Source: Polyangiaceae bacterium (GTDB lineage Bacteria > Myxococcota_A > Polyangia > Polyangiales > Polyangiaceae). From it: a stretch of DNA of 64,000 nucleotides. The stretch spans positions 96,715 to 160,714 of the forward strand of contig JABSRN010000006.1 of NCBI GenBank assembly GCA_013214025.1, given 5' to 3'. A program made the position numbers and the translations under genes. Positions 28,837-37,672 of this stretch are shown here, piece by piece (within the stretch, counting starts at the first letter, position 1; each line of letters begins with the position of its first letter). The notes beneath the pieces were generated by a model, which saw only the letters and a program-made list of their open reading frames with translations, was not told the origin of the DNA and ran no database searches.

Positions 28837-29277
28837 ATGAAGTCTTCTCAGCGCGGGTTGAGCTCCGCACTGGTCACCCAGACAAATATCTCCAGGATGG
28901 AGGCTCAGAGGAACCTCAATCGTAACCAAAGAAACCTATCGAAAAGCGTTGGTCGGCTTTCCAGTGGGTTCCGTATCAACTCGGCAGCTGACGACGCTGT
29001 GGGGCTGGGCATCAGCGAAGGCATGAAGGCCAACATCGGTAGTTGACGTTGAGCAGTAGTTACACCGTTGCCGAGAGGAACGCATCCGATGGCATCTGAA
29101 TGGCGCAAAACCGCCGAAGGTGCACGAGGAGAGCTCCACGGAGTTTTGGGACGAGGGAGGGAACGGGTCTGCCAAGTTCAATGGGGAAGCTCTTATGGGA
29201 CGCCCCTGGCGCTGCTCCGGGCACGCGATTCTGACGATTTCGCTCAAGCATTGCCGCGGCGAACCGTTCTGAACTAA
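28837..29277 (+). pseudogene. Flagellin (FliC-type) N-terminal relic
   Basis: ..QTNISRMEAQRNLNRNQRNLSKSVGRLSSGFRINSAADDAVGLGISEGMKANIGS matches the flagellin_N signature (LSSGxRINxAxDDAAG). It ends at TGA 29044..29046. ERNASDGI follows in another frame (29070..29096), then TAEGARGELHGVLGRGRERVCQ back in the first frame. I could not recognise a C-terminal flagellin domain. Confidence 0.75.
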
Positions 29278-29565
29278 CACGCCCCCTGCGGGTGTTTCCC
29301 TCGCCGATGAACTCCGCACGCTCCAAGCTGACCACACTCGAGACCGAGCGTCCGTCGAGCACACCCGCGTCGAAACGCGGATGGCGTTCCCTGGAAAGCG
29401 AGCGGACCAGCAAGACCCTCCGTGAGCTCCAGATTTTTCGTCCAGAAGTGGAGCTCCGAGCCTACTTGCCATCCGTGCGCACCCCGGGCAACGACGCGGT
29501 GACCGTGCCGCCGCCGGCCGTCGTCCGACGACGCGCGCGCCAGCCATAACGAAACCGGGGACTGG

Positions 29566-29578
29566 GCCCCCCCCCCCC
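29566..29578. repeat. C13 homopolymer tract
   Basis: This is a run of 13 consecutive C residues, about 145 nt upstream of the mrpE start. Confidence 0.95.
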
Positions 29579-29721
29579 GACGGCCAGAGCGAGTGTCTTT
29601 TCCAGGTTCTCGTCGAGAAACTGCGCACAGGGGCCATGGCCTACGGTTCGGCCGGTTCGTCATCTCGGGGCTAAATGACAGCTGCGGAAAGAACGTATAA
29701 GCCCTCGATACGGGACATCTA

Positions 29722-30198
29722 GTGAAACGCGCGATCCCATCAAGCCTGCTGCTCTTCGCAATATGGCTCATGCTGTCCGGCCATTTCGAGCCCACCATAC
29801 TCGGTTTTGGCGTGGCATCGGTCGCGCTGGTTGTGTGGACTTCTCACCGGATGATGATCTTAGACGAAGAGGGACAACCATTTCACCTGGCCCTGAAGCT
29901 CATCGCCTTCCTCCCCTGGCTGATGTGGGAAATCGTTAAGGCGAATGTCGACGTCGCCAAAATTATCTGGTCGCCCCAACTGAAAATCAATAGCCAGACG
30001 GTACATGTCGACGCTACCCAAACCACACCGCTGGGGTACGTGATGCACGCCAACACGATCACCATCACTCCCGGCACGGTTTCGCTGGATGTTCGTGACC
30101 ACGCGATACTCATTCACTCCCTCACCGATGAGGCCGCCGCGATCGACCAATCAGGAATGATCGATCGTAAAATATGCGCCCTTGAGGGCAGCGCCTAA
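29722..30198 (+). CDS. mrpE: Cation/proton antiporter subunit E (MrpE/MnhE)
   Basis: It has ..LLFAIWLMLSG.., ..WEIVKANVDVAKIIW.., ..ANTITITPGTVSLDV.. The start is GTG. Confidence 0.8.
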   Translation: MKRAIPSSLLLFAIWLMLSGHFEPTILGFGVASVALVVWTSHRMMILDEEGQPFHLALKLIAFLPWLMWEIVKANVDVAKIIWSPQLKINSQTVHVDATQTTPLGYVMHANTITITPGTVSLDVRDHAILIHSLTDEAAAIDQSGMIDRKICALEGSA

Positions 30199-30473
30199 TG
30201 CTCACCGCTGGGATGATTGGCATTCTTGTCACCATGAGCATGGCGTTGCTGCGATGCGTTTTGGGACCGACGCCCTATGATCGAATTTTGGCGACAAATA
30301 TGTTCGGGACGAAAACCGTCCTGCTCATCGCTGTCGCCGGCTACTACTTCGGGCGCCCCGAATGGCTCGACCTCGCCATCGTCTACGCCCTCATGAATTT
30401 CATCGGGACCATCGCCGTCATGCGGTTCTCGCGATACGGCACTCTGGCCACCGACGACCAGGCCAAAGTATGA
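30198..30473 (+). CDS. mrpF: Cation/proton antiporter subunit F (MrpF/MnhF)
   Basis: This 91-aa protein has 3 TM segments and ..LLRCVLGPTPYDRILATNMFGTK.. Its ATG overlaps the mrpE TAA (TAATG). Confidence 0.8.
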   Translation: MLTAGMIGILVTMSMALLRCVLGPTPYDRILATNMFGTKTVLLIAVAGYYFGRPEWLDLAIVYALMNFIGTIAVMRFSRYGTLATDDQAKV

Positions 30474-30814
30474 CCGAAGCACTCGAAATTCTCGCGGGAG
30501 CGCTGGTGCTGCTAGGCACTTTTTTTTGCTTCACCGGTGGCATCGGCGTGCTTCGCTTCCCCGACTTTTATACGCGCCTGCATGCCGCCGGGATGACGGA
30601 CTCGATGGGGGCAGCTCTGATACTGGCTGGATTGGCCGTGCATCAGTGGACCGATTATGGCGCGGGCCTCAACCTGGGCCGCCTGGCTATCATTTGGTTC
30701 TTCCTGAACATTACCAGCGCTGCCTCGACCCACGCATTGGTGAAAGCAGCGTACGCAGGCGGCGTCCGGGTGAATGGGCCGACGGAGGATCGACGCAGTG
30801 TCGTTCCCAATTGA
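30470..30814 (+). CDS. mrpG: Cation/proton antiporter subunit G (MrpG/MnhG)
   Basis: It has ..GTFFCFTGGIGVLRFPDFYTRLHAAGMTDSMG.. The start overlaps mrpF as ATGA. Confidence 0.8.
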   Translation: MTEALEILAGALVLLGTFFCFTGGIGVLRFPDFYTRLHAAGMTDSMGAALILAGLAVHQWTDYGAGLNLGRLAIIWFFLNITSAASTHALVKAAYAGGVRVNGPTEDRRSVVPN

Positions 30815-31631
30815 AATCATCCTGTTCGGGTTCTTACTGGTGATCACCGTCACCATCATCCGGCTGCGGTCCTTATTCGCCGCCGGCATGATGACAGGCG
30901 CCTTCAGCCTATTGTCCGCTGGACTATTTACACTCATGGATGCCGTCGACGTCGCCTTCACCGAGGCAGCGGTCGGTGCAGGCGTTTCGACTATCCTCTT
31001 CTTGTCAACGCTGTCGATTACGAAGAAGCAAGAACGCAAGAGCCCCAACTTGCACTGGCCGGCCCTGGCGGTGTGCCTTGTGACCGGAGCGGTCTTGGTT
31101 TACGGAACACTGGATATGCCGGCCTACGGCGATCCTAACGCGCCCATCCACGCACACGTCGCCCCCCGTTATATCAATGAGTCTCCGAAAGAGATCGGAC
31201 TGCCCAACTTTGTGACGTCTGTGCTTGCGAGCTATCGGGGCTACGACACCTTTGGCGAACTCGGCGTCATTTTCACAGCTGGGGTCAGCGTCATGTTGCT
31301 ACTCGGCGGTGCGCCCGCCGGAGTCGCCGGAGCGACCCGCCGCGAGGAACCCAGCTTCGACGACGAAGAGCGCCCGGACTTCGACGACGAAGAGTGGGAC
31401 GGCTCCGAGTCAACCCCCGGCGATGAATCCGCGATCGCCCAAGGCTATTCCGCGACCGACAATGGCGAACGCGCCAGCGAATTCCCCGCCGAAAATGACA
31501 ACGCCGAGAGCCAACCCAGCTCGGCGCCGAGTATGTCAGATGAGCCTCCCCCACCGAATACTGGTGAAGCTCAATCCAATCCAATAGGGTTTAGGACAGG
31601 GGCCGAACCCACGGGCGGAGAACGATCATGA
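30798..31631 (+). CDS. MrpA C-terminal-like / DUF4040 (MbhD/E-like) subunit with a long acidic low-complexity tail
   Basis: GTG 30798 is preceded by GGAGGA; ATG 30774 is an alternative start. The TM core has ..DAVDVAFTEAAVGAGVSTILF.. and ..VTSVLASYRGYDTFGE.. The last ~100 aa are rich in D/E/S/P. Confidence 0.65.
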   Translation: MSFPIEIILFGFLLVITVTIIRLRSLFAAGMMTGAFSLLSAGLFTLMDAVDVAFTEAAVGAGVSTILFLSTLSITKKQERKSPNLHWPALAVCLVTGAVLVYGTLDMPAYGDPNAPIHAHVAPRYINESPKEIGLPNFVTSVLASYRGYDTFGELGVIFTAGVSVMLLLGGAPAGVAGATRREEPSFDDEERPDFDDEEWDGSESTPGDESAIAQGYSATDNGERASEFPAENDNAESQPSSAPSMSDEPPPPNTGEAQSNPIGFRTGAEPTGGERS

Positions 31632-32149
31632 GTGCCCCCCGTAAACAACAGGTCCATGAGCTGCTCGTCCTCCGGGCTACCGCGAAACTCCTGATCCCGT
31701 TCATTTTACTCTTTGCTCTGTACGTACAGTTCCACGGCGACTTCGGTCCGGGAGGCGGCTTCCAGGCCGGCGTGATCTTCGCCGCCGGCCTGATCTTGTA
31801 CGGTCTGGTTTGGGGACCCGAAGCTCTCAAGCGTGTGGTTCCACCGCGGGTAGTGGAAGCGTTGGTCGCGTCTGGTCTGCTCCTCTATGGCGGCGTCGGA
31901 ATTTTTTCGCTCGGAAGGAGAAAAAACTTTCTCGACTACGCCGCTCTCGATCCACAGCATCCTCAACACGGTCAACACCTCGGCATCTTGCTCGTGGAAC
32001 TCGGCGTCGGCGTGACCGTCTGCTGCGTTATGCTCGCCATCTACTTCGCCTTTGCAGATCGCGCTCTCTACCACGCGGCGTATCACCCCACAGCCAGTGC
32101 CGTGCCGGCTCAGAGCCCCTTCGACCAGCCCCGGGAGTCGAAACGATGA
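31628..32149 (+). CDS. mrpB: Cation/proton antiporter subunit B (MrpB/MnhB)
   Basis: It has ..LIPFILLFALYVQFHGDFGPGGGFQAGVI.. The start overlaps the previous gene as ATGA. Confidence 0.8.
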   Translation: MSAPRKQQVHELLVLRATAKLLIPFILLFALYVQFHGDFGPGGGFQAGVIFAAGLILYGLVWGPEALKRVVPPRVVEALVASGLLLYGGVGIFSLGRRKNFLDYAALDPQHPQHGQHLGILLVELGVGVTVCCVMLAIYFAFADRALYHAAYHPTASAVPAQSPFDQPRESKR

Positions 32150-32511
32150 GCGGCTACTTAGGACTCTGGCACTACTGGGCGACCATCGCCTTGTCCATGC
32201 TCGGGCTCTACACGCTCATTGCGAAGAACAACTTGGTCAAAAAGATGATGGGCCTGAGCATATTCCAGGTCTCCGTCATCATGCTGTACGTATCGATGGC
32301 CAAGGTCACAGGCGGCACCGCGCCGATCCTGCGAACCGACATTGAAAACCCCGTTTATTCCAATCCGCTCCCGCACGTATTGATGCTCACGGCGATCGTC
32401 GTCGGGGTGGCCACCACCGCCGTCGGCCTCTCGTTGATAGTGCGCATCCGAGAAGAATACGGCACCAGCGAGGATGACGAGATTCGTGCCATTGACCGGG
32501 AGGCGATGTGA
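32146..32511 (+). CDS. mrpC: Cation/proton antiporter subunit C (MrpC/MnhC, NuoK-like)
   Basis: It has ..LIAKNNLVKKMMGLSIFQVSVIMLY.., ..PLPHVLMLTAIVVGVA.. The start overlaps mrpB as ATGA. Confidence 0.8.
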   Translation: MSGYLGLWHYWATIALSMLGLYTLIAKNNLVKKMMGLSIFQVSVIMLYVSMAKVTGGTAPILRTDIENPVYSNPLPHVLMLTAIVVGVATTAVGLSLIVRIREEYGTSEDDEIRAIDREAM

Positions 32512-34073
32512 ATCACCTCCCAGTACTCCAGGTCATAGTTCCCCTACTGGCTGCTCCGATATGCCTGTTACTTCGCCATGGCGGACTCGCGAGGGTTCTC
32601 GCTACCTGCGTCGCTTGGAGCAGCTTTGCGATGGCTCTCATCTCCCTGGACCAGGTCGCCCAGCTCGGCACGCTGACTTACTACCTAGGCGGCTGGGAGC
32701 CCCCTTGGGGCATTGAGTACCGAATCGATCGCACCAGCGCACTGGTACTGGTTGTAGTGACAGGCATAGCTTCCGCGGTGATTCCCATTGGCCCGGGAGA
32801 AAAGAGCTATCAGATCCCCGGGCACCGCCACGCCATGTACTACGCGGCGTTTCTCCTGTGTCTGTGCGGCTTGCTCGGTATGACCGTGACGGCCGACGCC
32901 TTCAACGTGTTCGTGTTTCTCGAAATTTCGTCGTTGTCGACCTACACACTGATCGGCCTCGGCTCCAACCGACGAGCACTGACTGCCGCCTTCAACTATC
33001 TCATCATGGGAACGGTCGGCGGCACGTTTTACTTGATCGGCGTGGGCTTACTCTACCAAATGACCGGCAGCCTCAACATGGCCGACATCGCCACTCGGTT
33101 GAGCGAAATGCAGAGCACCCGGACCGTCGTGGTGGCCTTTGCGTTCGTCACTATGGGGCTGGCGGTAAAACTGGCCGTGTTCCCCGTCCACCAATGGCTG
33201 CCCAACGCCTACGCCTACTCTCCCAGCGCCGTATCGGCATTCCTCGCGGGTACGGGCACCAAGGTCGTCTACTACCTGCTCGCTAGGATTTTGATGACCG
33301 TGTTCGGCGCCGCTTTCGTGTTCGACATCCTGGGTTTCGACCGCCTGTTGATGCCCATATCGTTGGTCGCCATGTTCGCGGGGAGCGTGGCCGCGATCTA
33401 CCAAACCGATCTCAAACGGTTGCTCGCCTATTCCTCCATCGCGCAAGTCGGATACCTAACCTTGGCGCTGAGCCTCGGGACCACGGAGGGCATCGCGGCT
33501 GGGCTACTACATATGTTCAACCACGCTCTCATGAAGGGTGGTTTGTTCCTTGTGGTGGCGTGCATCGTTTGTCGCACAGGCTCTTCGCAGATCTCTGAGC
33601 TCGGCGGGCTCGCCCGTCGCATGCCCATGACTTTTGCCGCCCTGATTGTCGGCGGCTTTGGGTTGATCGGTGTGCCCAGTACCGTTGGCTTCATCAGCAA
33701 GTGGTACCTAGTTAGTGCCGCACTCGGTTCCGGCTCTTACGTAGTCGCCGCGCTGATTCTAGCCAGCTCCCTGCTCGCGGTGGTCTACGTCTGGAAAATT
33801 GTGGAGGCCTGCGTTTTCGGAAAAGCACCGGAAGGCGCACCGCAGGAGGAGGCCCCCCTGGGTATGCTAATTCCCACTTGGGCCCTGCTAGGCGCCACAT
33901 TGGTGTTCGGCTTATCCGCCGACTTTACCACCCATGCAGCGACCAGCGCCGCAGAGCAGCTGTCAAACGGCGTCAAGACCGCCAAGCTCATCTCCCGTGA
34001 ACGGCGACAACTACACGCTCACACCCTGGCAGAACCGAATGCTGTCACCCCAGCCCAAGAGAGCGGGCAATGA
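32508..34073 (+). CDS. mrpD: Antiporter-like subunit D1 (MrpD / NuoM-N family)
   Basis: This 521-aa polytopic protein has ..FPVHQWLPNAYAYSPSAVSAFL.., ..KRLLAYSSIAQVGY.., ..HALMKGGLFL.. Confidence 0.8.
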   Translation: MNHLPVLQVIVPLLAAPICLLLRHGGLARVLATCVAWSSFAMALISLDQVAQLGTLTYYLGGWEPPWGIEYRIDRTSALVLVVVTGIASAVIPIGPGEKSYQIPGHRHAMYYAAFLLCLCGLLGMTVTADAFNVFVFLEISSLSTYTLIGLGSNRRALTAAFNYLIMGTVGGTFYLIGVGLLYQMTGSLNMADIATRLSEMQSTRTVVVAFAFVTMGLAVKLAVFPVHQWLPNAYAYSPSAVSAFLAGTGTKVVYYLLARILMTVFGAAFVFDILGFDRLLMPISLVAMFAGSVAAIYQTDLKRLLAYSSIAQVGYLTLALSLGTTEGIAAGLLHMFNHALMKGGLFLVVACIVCRTGSSQISELGGLARRMPMTFAALIVGGFGLIGVPSTVGFISKWYLVSAALGSGSYVVAALILASSLLAVVYVWKIVEACVFGKAPEGAPQEEAPLGMLIPTWALLGATLVFGLSADFTTHAATSAAEQLSNGVKTAKLISRERRQLHAHTLAEPNAVTPAQESGQ

Positions 34074-35614
34074 ATCCCCAACTACTCATCGCCTTGGCCC
34101 TGCTCACGCCCACCGCGGGCGCTGGACTGGTCGCGCTCACCGGTCGCTCCCCCAATCGACGCGATAGCATGACGATCCTGGCGACAATCTTGACGGCATT
34201 CTTCGTCTGGAATCTGGCGCCCATCGTCGCCGACGGCGGCCGTCCCGAACTCGTCTTGTTCGAGATCGTGCCCGGGCTGGAAATCGCCTTTGGCCTCGAG
34301 CCCCTGGGCATGCTGTTCAGCCTAGTCGCGGCGAGCCTCTGGGGGCTGACGAGCGTCTACGCGATTGGATATATGCGTGGGCACAATGAGGAGAACCAAA
34401 CCAGGTTCTTCGTGTGTTTCGCGTTGGCAATATCAGCGGCTCTCGGAATCGCCTTCGCCCGGAACCTGATCACGCTGTTTCTCTTCTACGAGCTACTGAC
34501 GTTCTCCACCTACCCCCTGGTAACCCATCACGGCACCGCCCAGGCCAAAAGAGCTGGCCGGATTTATCTAGGCATTCTGGTCTCCACTTCGGTGGCGTTC
34601 CTACTCTTTGCCATCCTCTGGACCTACCACCTGACCGGCACCACCGAGTTCCGACCGGGAGGGATCTTGGCGGGCAAGGCCGACAACATGACCGTCGGCA
34701 TCCTACTGGCCCTCTTCGCCTTCGGCACCGGGAAGGCCGCGTTGATGCCCTTTCACCGGTGGCTACCCAACGCCATGGTGGCGCCGACGCCGGTGAGCGC
34801 GCTTCTACACGCGGTAGCAGTAGTCAAAGCCGGTGTGTTCACCGTGCTAAAAATCGTGACCTATATCTTCGGCATCGATCTTTTGGCGGACACGGGCATG
34901 TCTGTGTGGCTCATGTATGTCGCTGCCACCACCATCGTGTTCTCCTCAATCGTCGCTATCACGCTCGATAATTTGAAGGCGCGACTCGCCTATTCCACCA
35001 TCAGCCAACTCGCATACATCGTGCTGGGCGCGGCGCTCGCCACCAAGTCGGGCATCTTGGGGAGCGGCATGCACATCGCCATGCACGCCGTCGGAAAAAT
35101 CACGCTGTTTTTCTGCGCCGGTGCCATTTACGTCGGCGCCCACAAGACCCTCGTCAGCGAGCTCGACGGCTTGGGCCGCAAGATGCCATTCACCTTTGGA
35201 GCATTTTTCATCGGCTCCCTTTCGATCATCGGCTTGCCGCCCTTCGGCGGGGCCTGGAGCAAGTGGTTCCTGGCCCTCGGCGCCGCCGACGGTCACCAAT
35301 ACGTGTTCACCGCAGTATTCATGCTCAGCAGCATCCTCTCCATCGCCTACCTCATGCCGGTGGTCGGGCGCGCGTTTTTTCTTAGCCCCGAGCTGGAGGC
35401 GCCCGACGACCAATTAGCGGCGGCGCACGCAGCCGACGAACCCGGAGACTCAAGCAGCGACGGAGACTCAAGCAGCGACGGCATCTTCGCCAACCTGCAC
35501 GAGGCTCCGCTCTTGTGCGTGCTACCGCTGTGTTGCACGGCCGCTGGTTGCCTCGCCCTCTTCTTTCTGGCAGAGCGAATCCACTCCCTACTGACTCCGA
35601 TTGTGGGGGGCTGA
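34070..35614 (+). CDS. Antiporter-like subunit D2 (MrpD / NuoM-N family)
   Basis: It has ..MPFHRWLPNAMVAPTPVSALLHAVAVVKAG.., ..ARLAYSTISQLAY.. The C-terminal tail has an 18-bp tandem duplication (DSSSDG x2, 35444..35479). Confidence 0.8.
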   Translation: MNPQLLIALALLTPTAGAGLVALTGRSPNRRDSMTILATILTAFFVWNLAPIVADGGRPELVLFEIVPGLEIAFGLEPLGMLFSLVAASLWGLTSVYAIGYMRGHNEENQTRFFVCFALAISAALGIAFARNLITLFLFYELLTFSTYPLVTHHGTAQAKRAGRIYLGILVSTSVAFLLFAILWTYHLTGTTEFRPGGILAGKADNMTVGILLALFAFGTGKAALMPFHRWLPNAMVAPTPVSALLHAVAVVKAGVFTVLKIVTYIFGIDLLADTGMSVWLMYVAATTIVFSSIVAITLDNLKARLAYSTISQLAYIVLGAALATKSGILGSGMHIAMHAVGKITLFFCAGAIYVGAHKTLVSELDGLGRKMPFTFGAFFIGSLSIIGLPPFGGAWSKWFLALGAADGHQYVFTAVFMLSSILSIAYLMPVVGRAFFLSPELEAPDDQLAAAHAADEPGDSSSDGDSSSDGIFANLHEAPLLCVLPLCCTAAGCLALFFLAERIHSLLTPIVGG

Positions 35615-35925
35615 TGGCAACTTCCGACTCCCCCAACGAGCCGCCCCGGTCGGACAGTGAGGGTCCAAGCACCGAGGCAGAATCCTCCTCTCAGCCCTTT
35701 CTCGATAGAACATCGACCCACAACGCCATCTTCTACATTCTGGCCGGTCTGTGTGTTGGGCTATTCGCCGGCGATGCCCTTTACCACAAGCACACTCACT
35801 TCGAATTCGAGGGTTGGTTTGGGTACTACGCCTTCTTCGGATTCTTCGCCTACATGGGCATTGTTTTCATTGCCAAGGCATTGCGCACCGTTCTGAAACG
35901 CGAGGAGGACTACTACGGTGAATAG
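35614..35925 (+). CDS. Small membrane protein embedded in the mrp-like cluster
   Basis: This 103-aa protein has an acidic/Ser-rich N-terminus followed by two hydrophobic helices (IFYILAGLCVGLFAG, YYAFFGFFAYMGIVFIA). Its start overlaps the stop of D2 and its stop overlaps the start of D3. Confidence 0.55.
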   Translation: MATSDSPNEPPRSDSEGPSTEAESSSQPFLDRTSTHNAIFYILAGLCVGLFAGDALYHKHTHFEFEGWFGYYAFFGFFAYMGIVFIAKALRTVLKREEDYYGE

Positions 35926-37606
35926 TCTGCCTCCCGGATTCATTCTAATCCTCGGCGCCTTCCTGATCCCGTTCTTGAAGGGACGGGCTCGACAAGCGCT
36001 CATTCTGGCATTGCCCTGCTTGAGCCTCGGGCACCTGCTCAGTCTGCCCAGCGATCACATCGTGACCGCGCAGATGTTCGACTATCAGCTGGCTCCGATA
36101 CGCGTCGACAAGCTCTCCCTAGTCTGGGGTTATGTCTTCCACATCGCCGCTGGACTGACCGCGCTCTATTCGGTCCATGAAAAGAACAGCCTCGGTCATG
36201 TCGCCGGTCTGTCCTATGCCGGCAGCGCGATCGCGGCAGCCTTCGCCGCGGACTGGATTACGCTGTTTGTTTTTTGGGAACTCACCGCCATCACCAGCGT
36301 CTTCCTGATCTGGGCACGTCGCACCAAACGCGCGTACACCGTCGGACTCCGTTACCTGCTCATTCAGGTCGGCTCCGGTGTCATTCTACTGGCCGGGGTG
36401 CTGATCCATGTAAGCCAAGGTGGCTCCCTGTTGATTCATCGCATGGGGGTGGACAGTCTCGGCGGCAAACTCATCTTTCTCGCATTCGGTATCAAGTGCG
36501 CCTTCCCCCTGCTGCACAACTGGCTGCAAGACGCCTACCCAGAAGCCACCGTCAGTGGTGCCGTCTTTTTGTCTGCGTTCACCACCAAGCTGGCAATCTA
36601 CGCGCTCGCCCGCGTCTTTCCAGGTACAGAAATCCTGATCCCCATCGGTATCACGATGACGCTGTTCCCTATCCTTTTCGCAGTGATCGAGAACGATCTA
36701 AGACGAGTATTGGCCTACAGCCTCAACAATCAGTTGGGATACATGGTCGTCGGCGTTGGCATCGGCACCGAACTCTCCCTCAACGGCACGGCCGCGCACG
36801 CCTTCGCGCACATTCTCTACAAGGGCCTCCTGTTCATGGCCATGGGAGCGGTGCTGTTTCGAGTCGGGACCGTCAAGGCCAACAAGCTCGGCGGGCTGTA
36901 CAAGTCCATGCCTTGGACGACGGTGTTTTGCATCATCGGTTCCTTGTCGATTTCCGGCTTCCCGCTGTTTAGTGGATTTGTCACCAAGTCGATGACCCTC
37001 ACCGCCGTCAGCGAAGCCCACCTGGCAATTTACGCCGTGCTGTTACTCATCGCCTCCGCTGGCGTGGTCGATCACTCCGGCATCAAGATCCCCTTCTTCG
37101 CGTTCTTCGCCCACGACAACGGACACAGAGTCAAAGAGGCCCCGCTCAACATGCTGCTGGCCATGGGCGGGGCTGCCGCTCTCTGCATTGGTCTCGGGCT
37201 CTACCCAGCTCCGCTTTACAAGATCCTGCCCTACCCGGTTGACTACGCTCCCTACACAGTTTCCCACGTCGTAAATAGTCTTCAGCTTTTGTTGTTCGCG
37301 GCGTTGGCCTTCGGCATTCTGTGGCGGACGCGAATTTATCCCCCTGAGATCGACGCGATCAACCTCGACACCGATTGGATTTACCGTAAAGCAGCGCCAC
37401 CAGTGGTCGTCGCCATCGGGCGCGTTTGCGCCGCGATCCACAAGGCTGTCGTCGGGACCGGTGCGCAGCTCGGCAAGGCCGTGCTTGGCGGCCTCGAGAA
37501 AACCCACGCCCCCCCCGGGGTCATGGGCGAACCCTGGGGAACCGGCGCCACGTCCCTCTGGGCAGCAGCGCTGCTCGGCTTCTGTCTGATGATCTACTAC
37601 TTATAG
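35918..37606 (+). CDS. Antiporter-like subunit D3 (MrpD/MrpA/NuoL family)
   Basis: This 562-aa polytopic protein has ..FPLLHNWLQDAYPEATVSGAVFLSAFTTK.., ..RVLAYSLNNQLGYM.., ..HILYKGLLFM.. Confidence 0.8.
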   Translation: MNSLPPGFILILGAFLIPFLKGRARQALILALPCLSLGHLLSLPSDHIVTAQMFDYQLAPIRVDKLSLVWGYVFHIAAGLTALYSVHEKNSLGHVAGLSYAGSAIAAAFAADWITLFVFWELTAITSVFLIWARRTKRAYTVGLRYLLIQVGSGVILLAGVLIHVSQGGSLLIHRMGVDSLGGKLIFLAFGIKCAFPLLHNWLQDAYPEATVSGAVFLSAFTTKLAIYALARVFPGTEILIPIGITMTLFPILFAVIENDLRRVLAYSLNNQLGYMVVGVGIGTELSLNGTAAHAFAHILYKGLLFMAMGAVLFRVGTVKANKLGGLYKSMPWTTVFCIIGSLSISGFPLFSGFVTKSMTLTAVSEAHLAIYAVLLLIASAGVVDHSGIKIPFFAFFAHDNGHRVKEAPLNMLLAMGGAAALCIGLGLYPAPLYKILPYPVDYAPYTVSHVVNSLQLLLFAALAFGILWRTRIYPPEIDAINLDTDWIYRKAAPPVVVAIGRVCAAIHKAVVGTGAQLGKAVLGGLEKTHAPPGVMGEPWGTGATSLWAAALLGFCLMIYYL

Positions 37607-37644
37607 CCGCCGTGACAGCGCCCTCACACAGCAGCCAACGCGAT

Positions 37645-37672
37645 CAGGGGTCCCTGTCGACGGACACCCCTG
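37645..37672 (+). terminator. Hairpin about 40 nt after the last mrp gene
   Basis: CAGGGGT (37645..37651) pairs with ACCCCTG (37666..37672). There is no U-tract. Confidence 0.3.
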
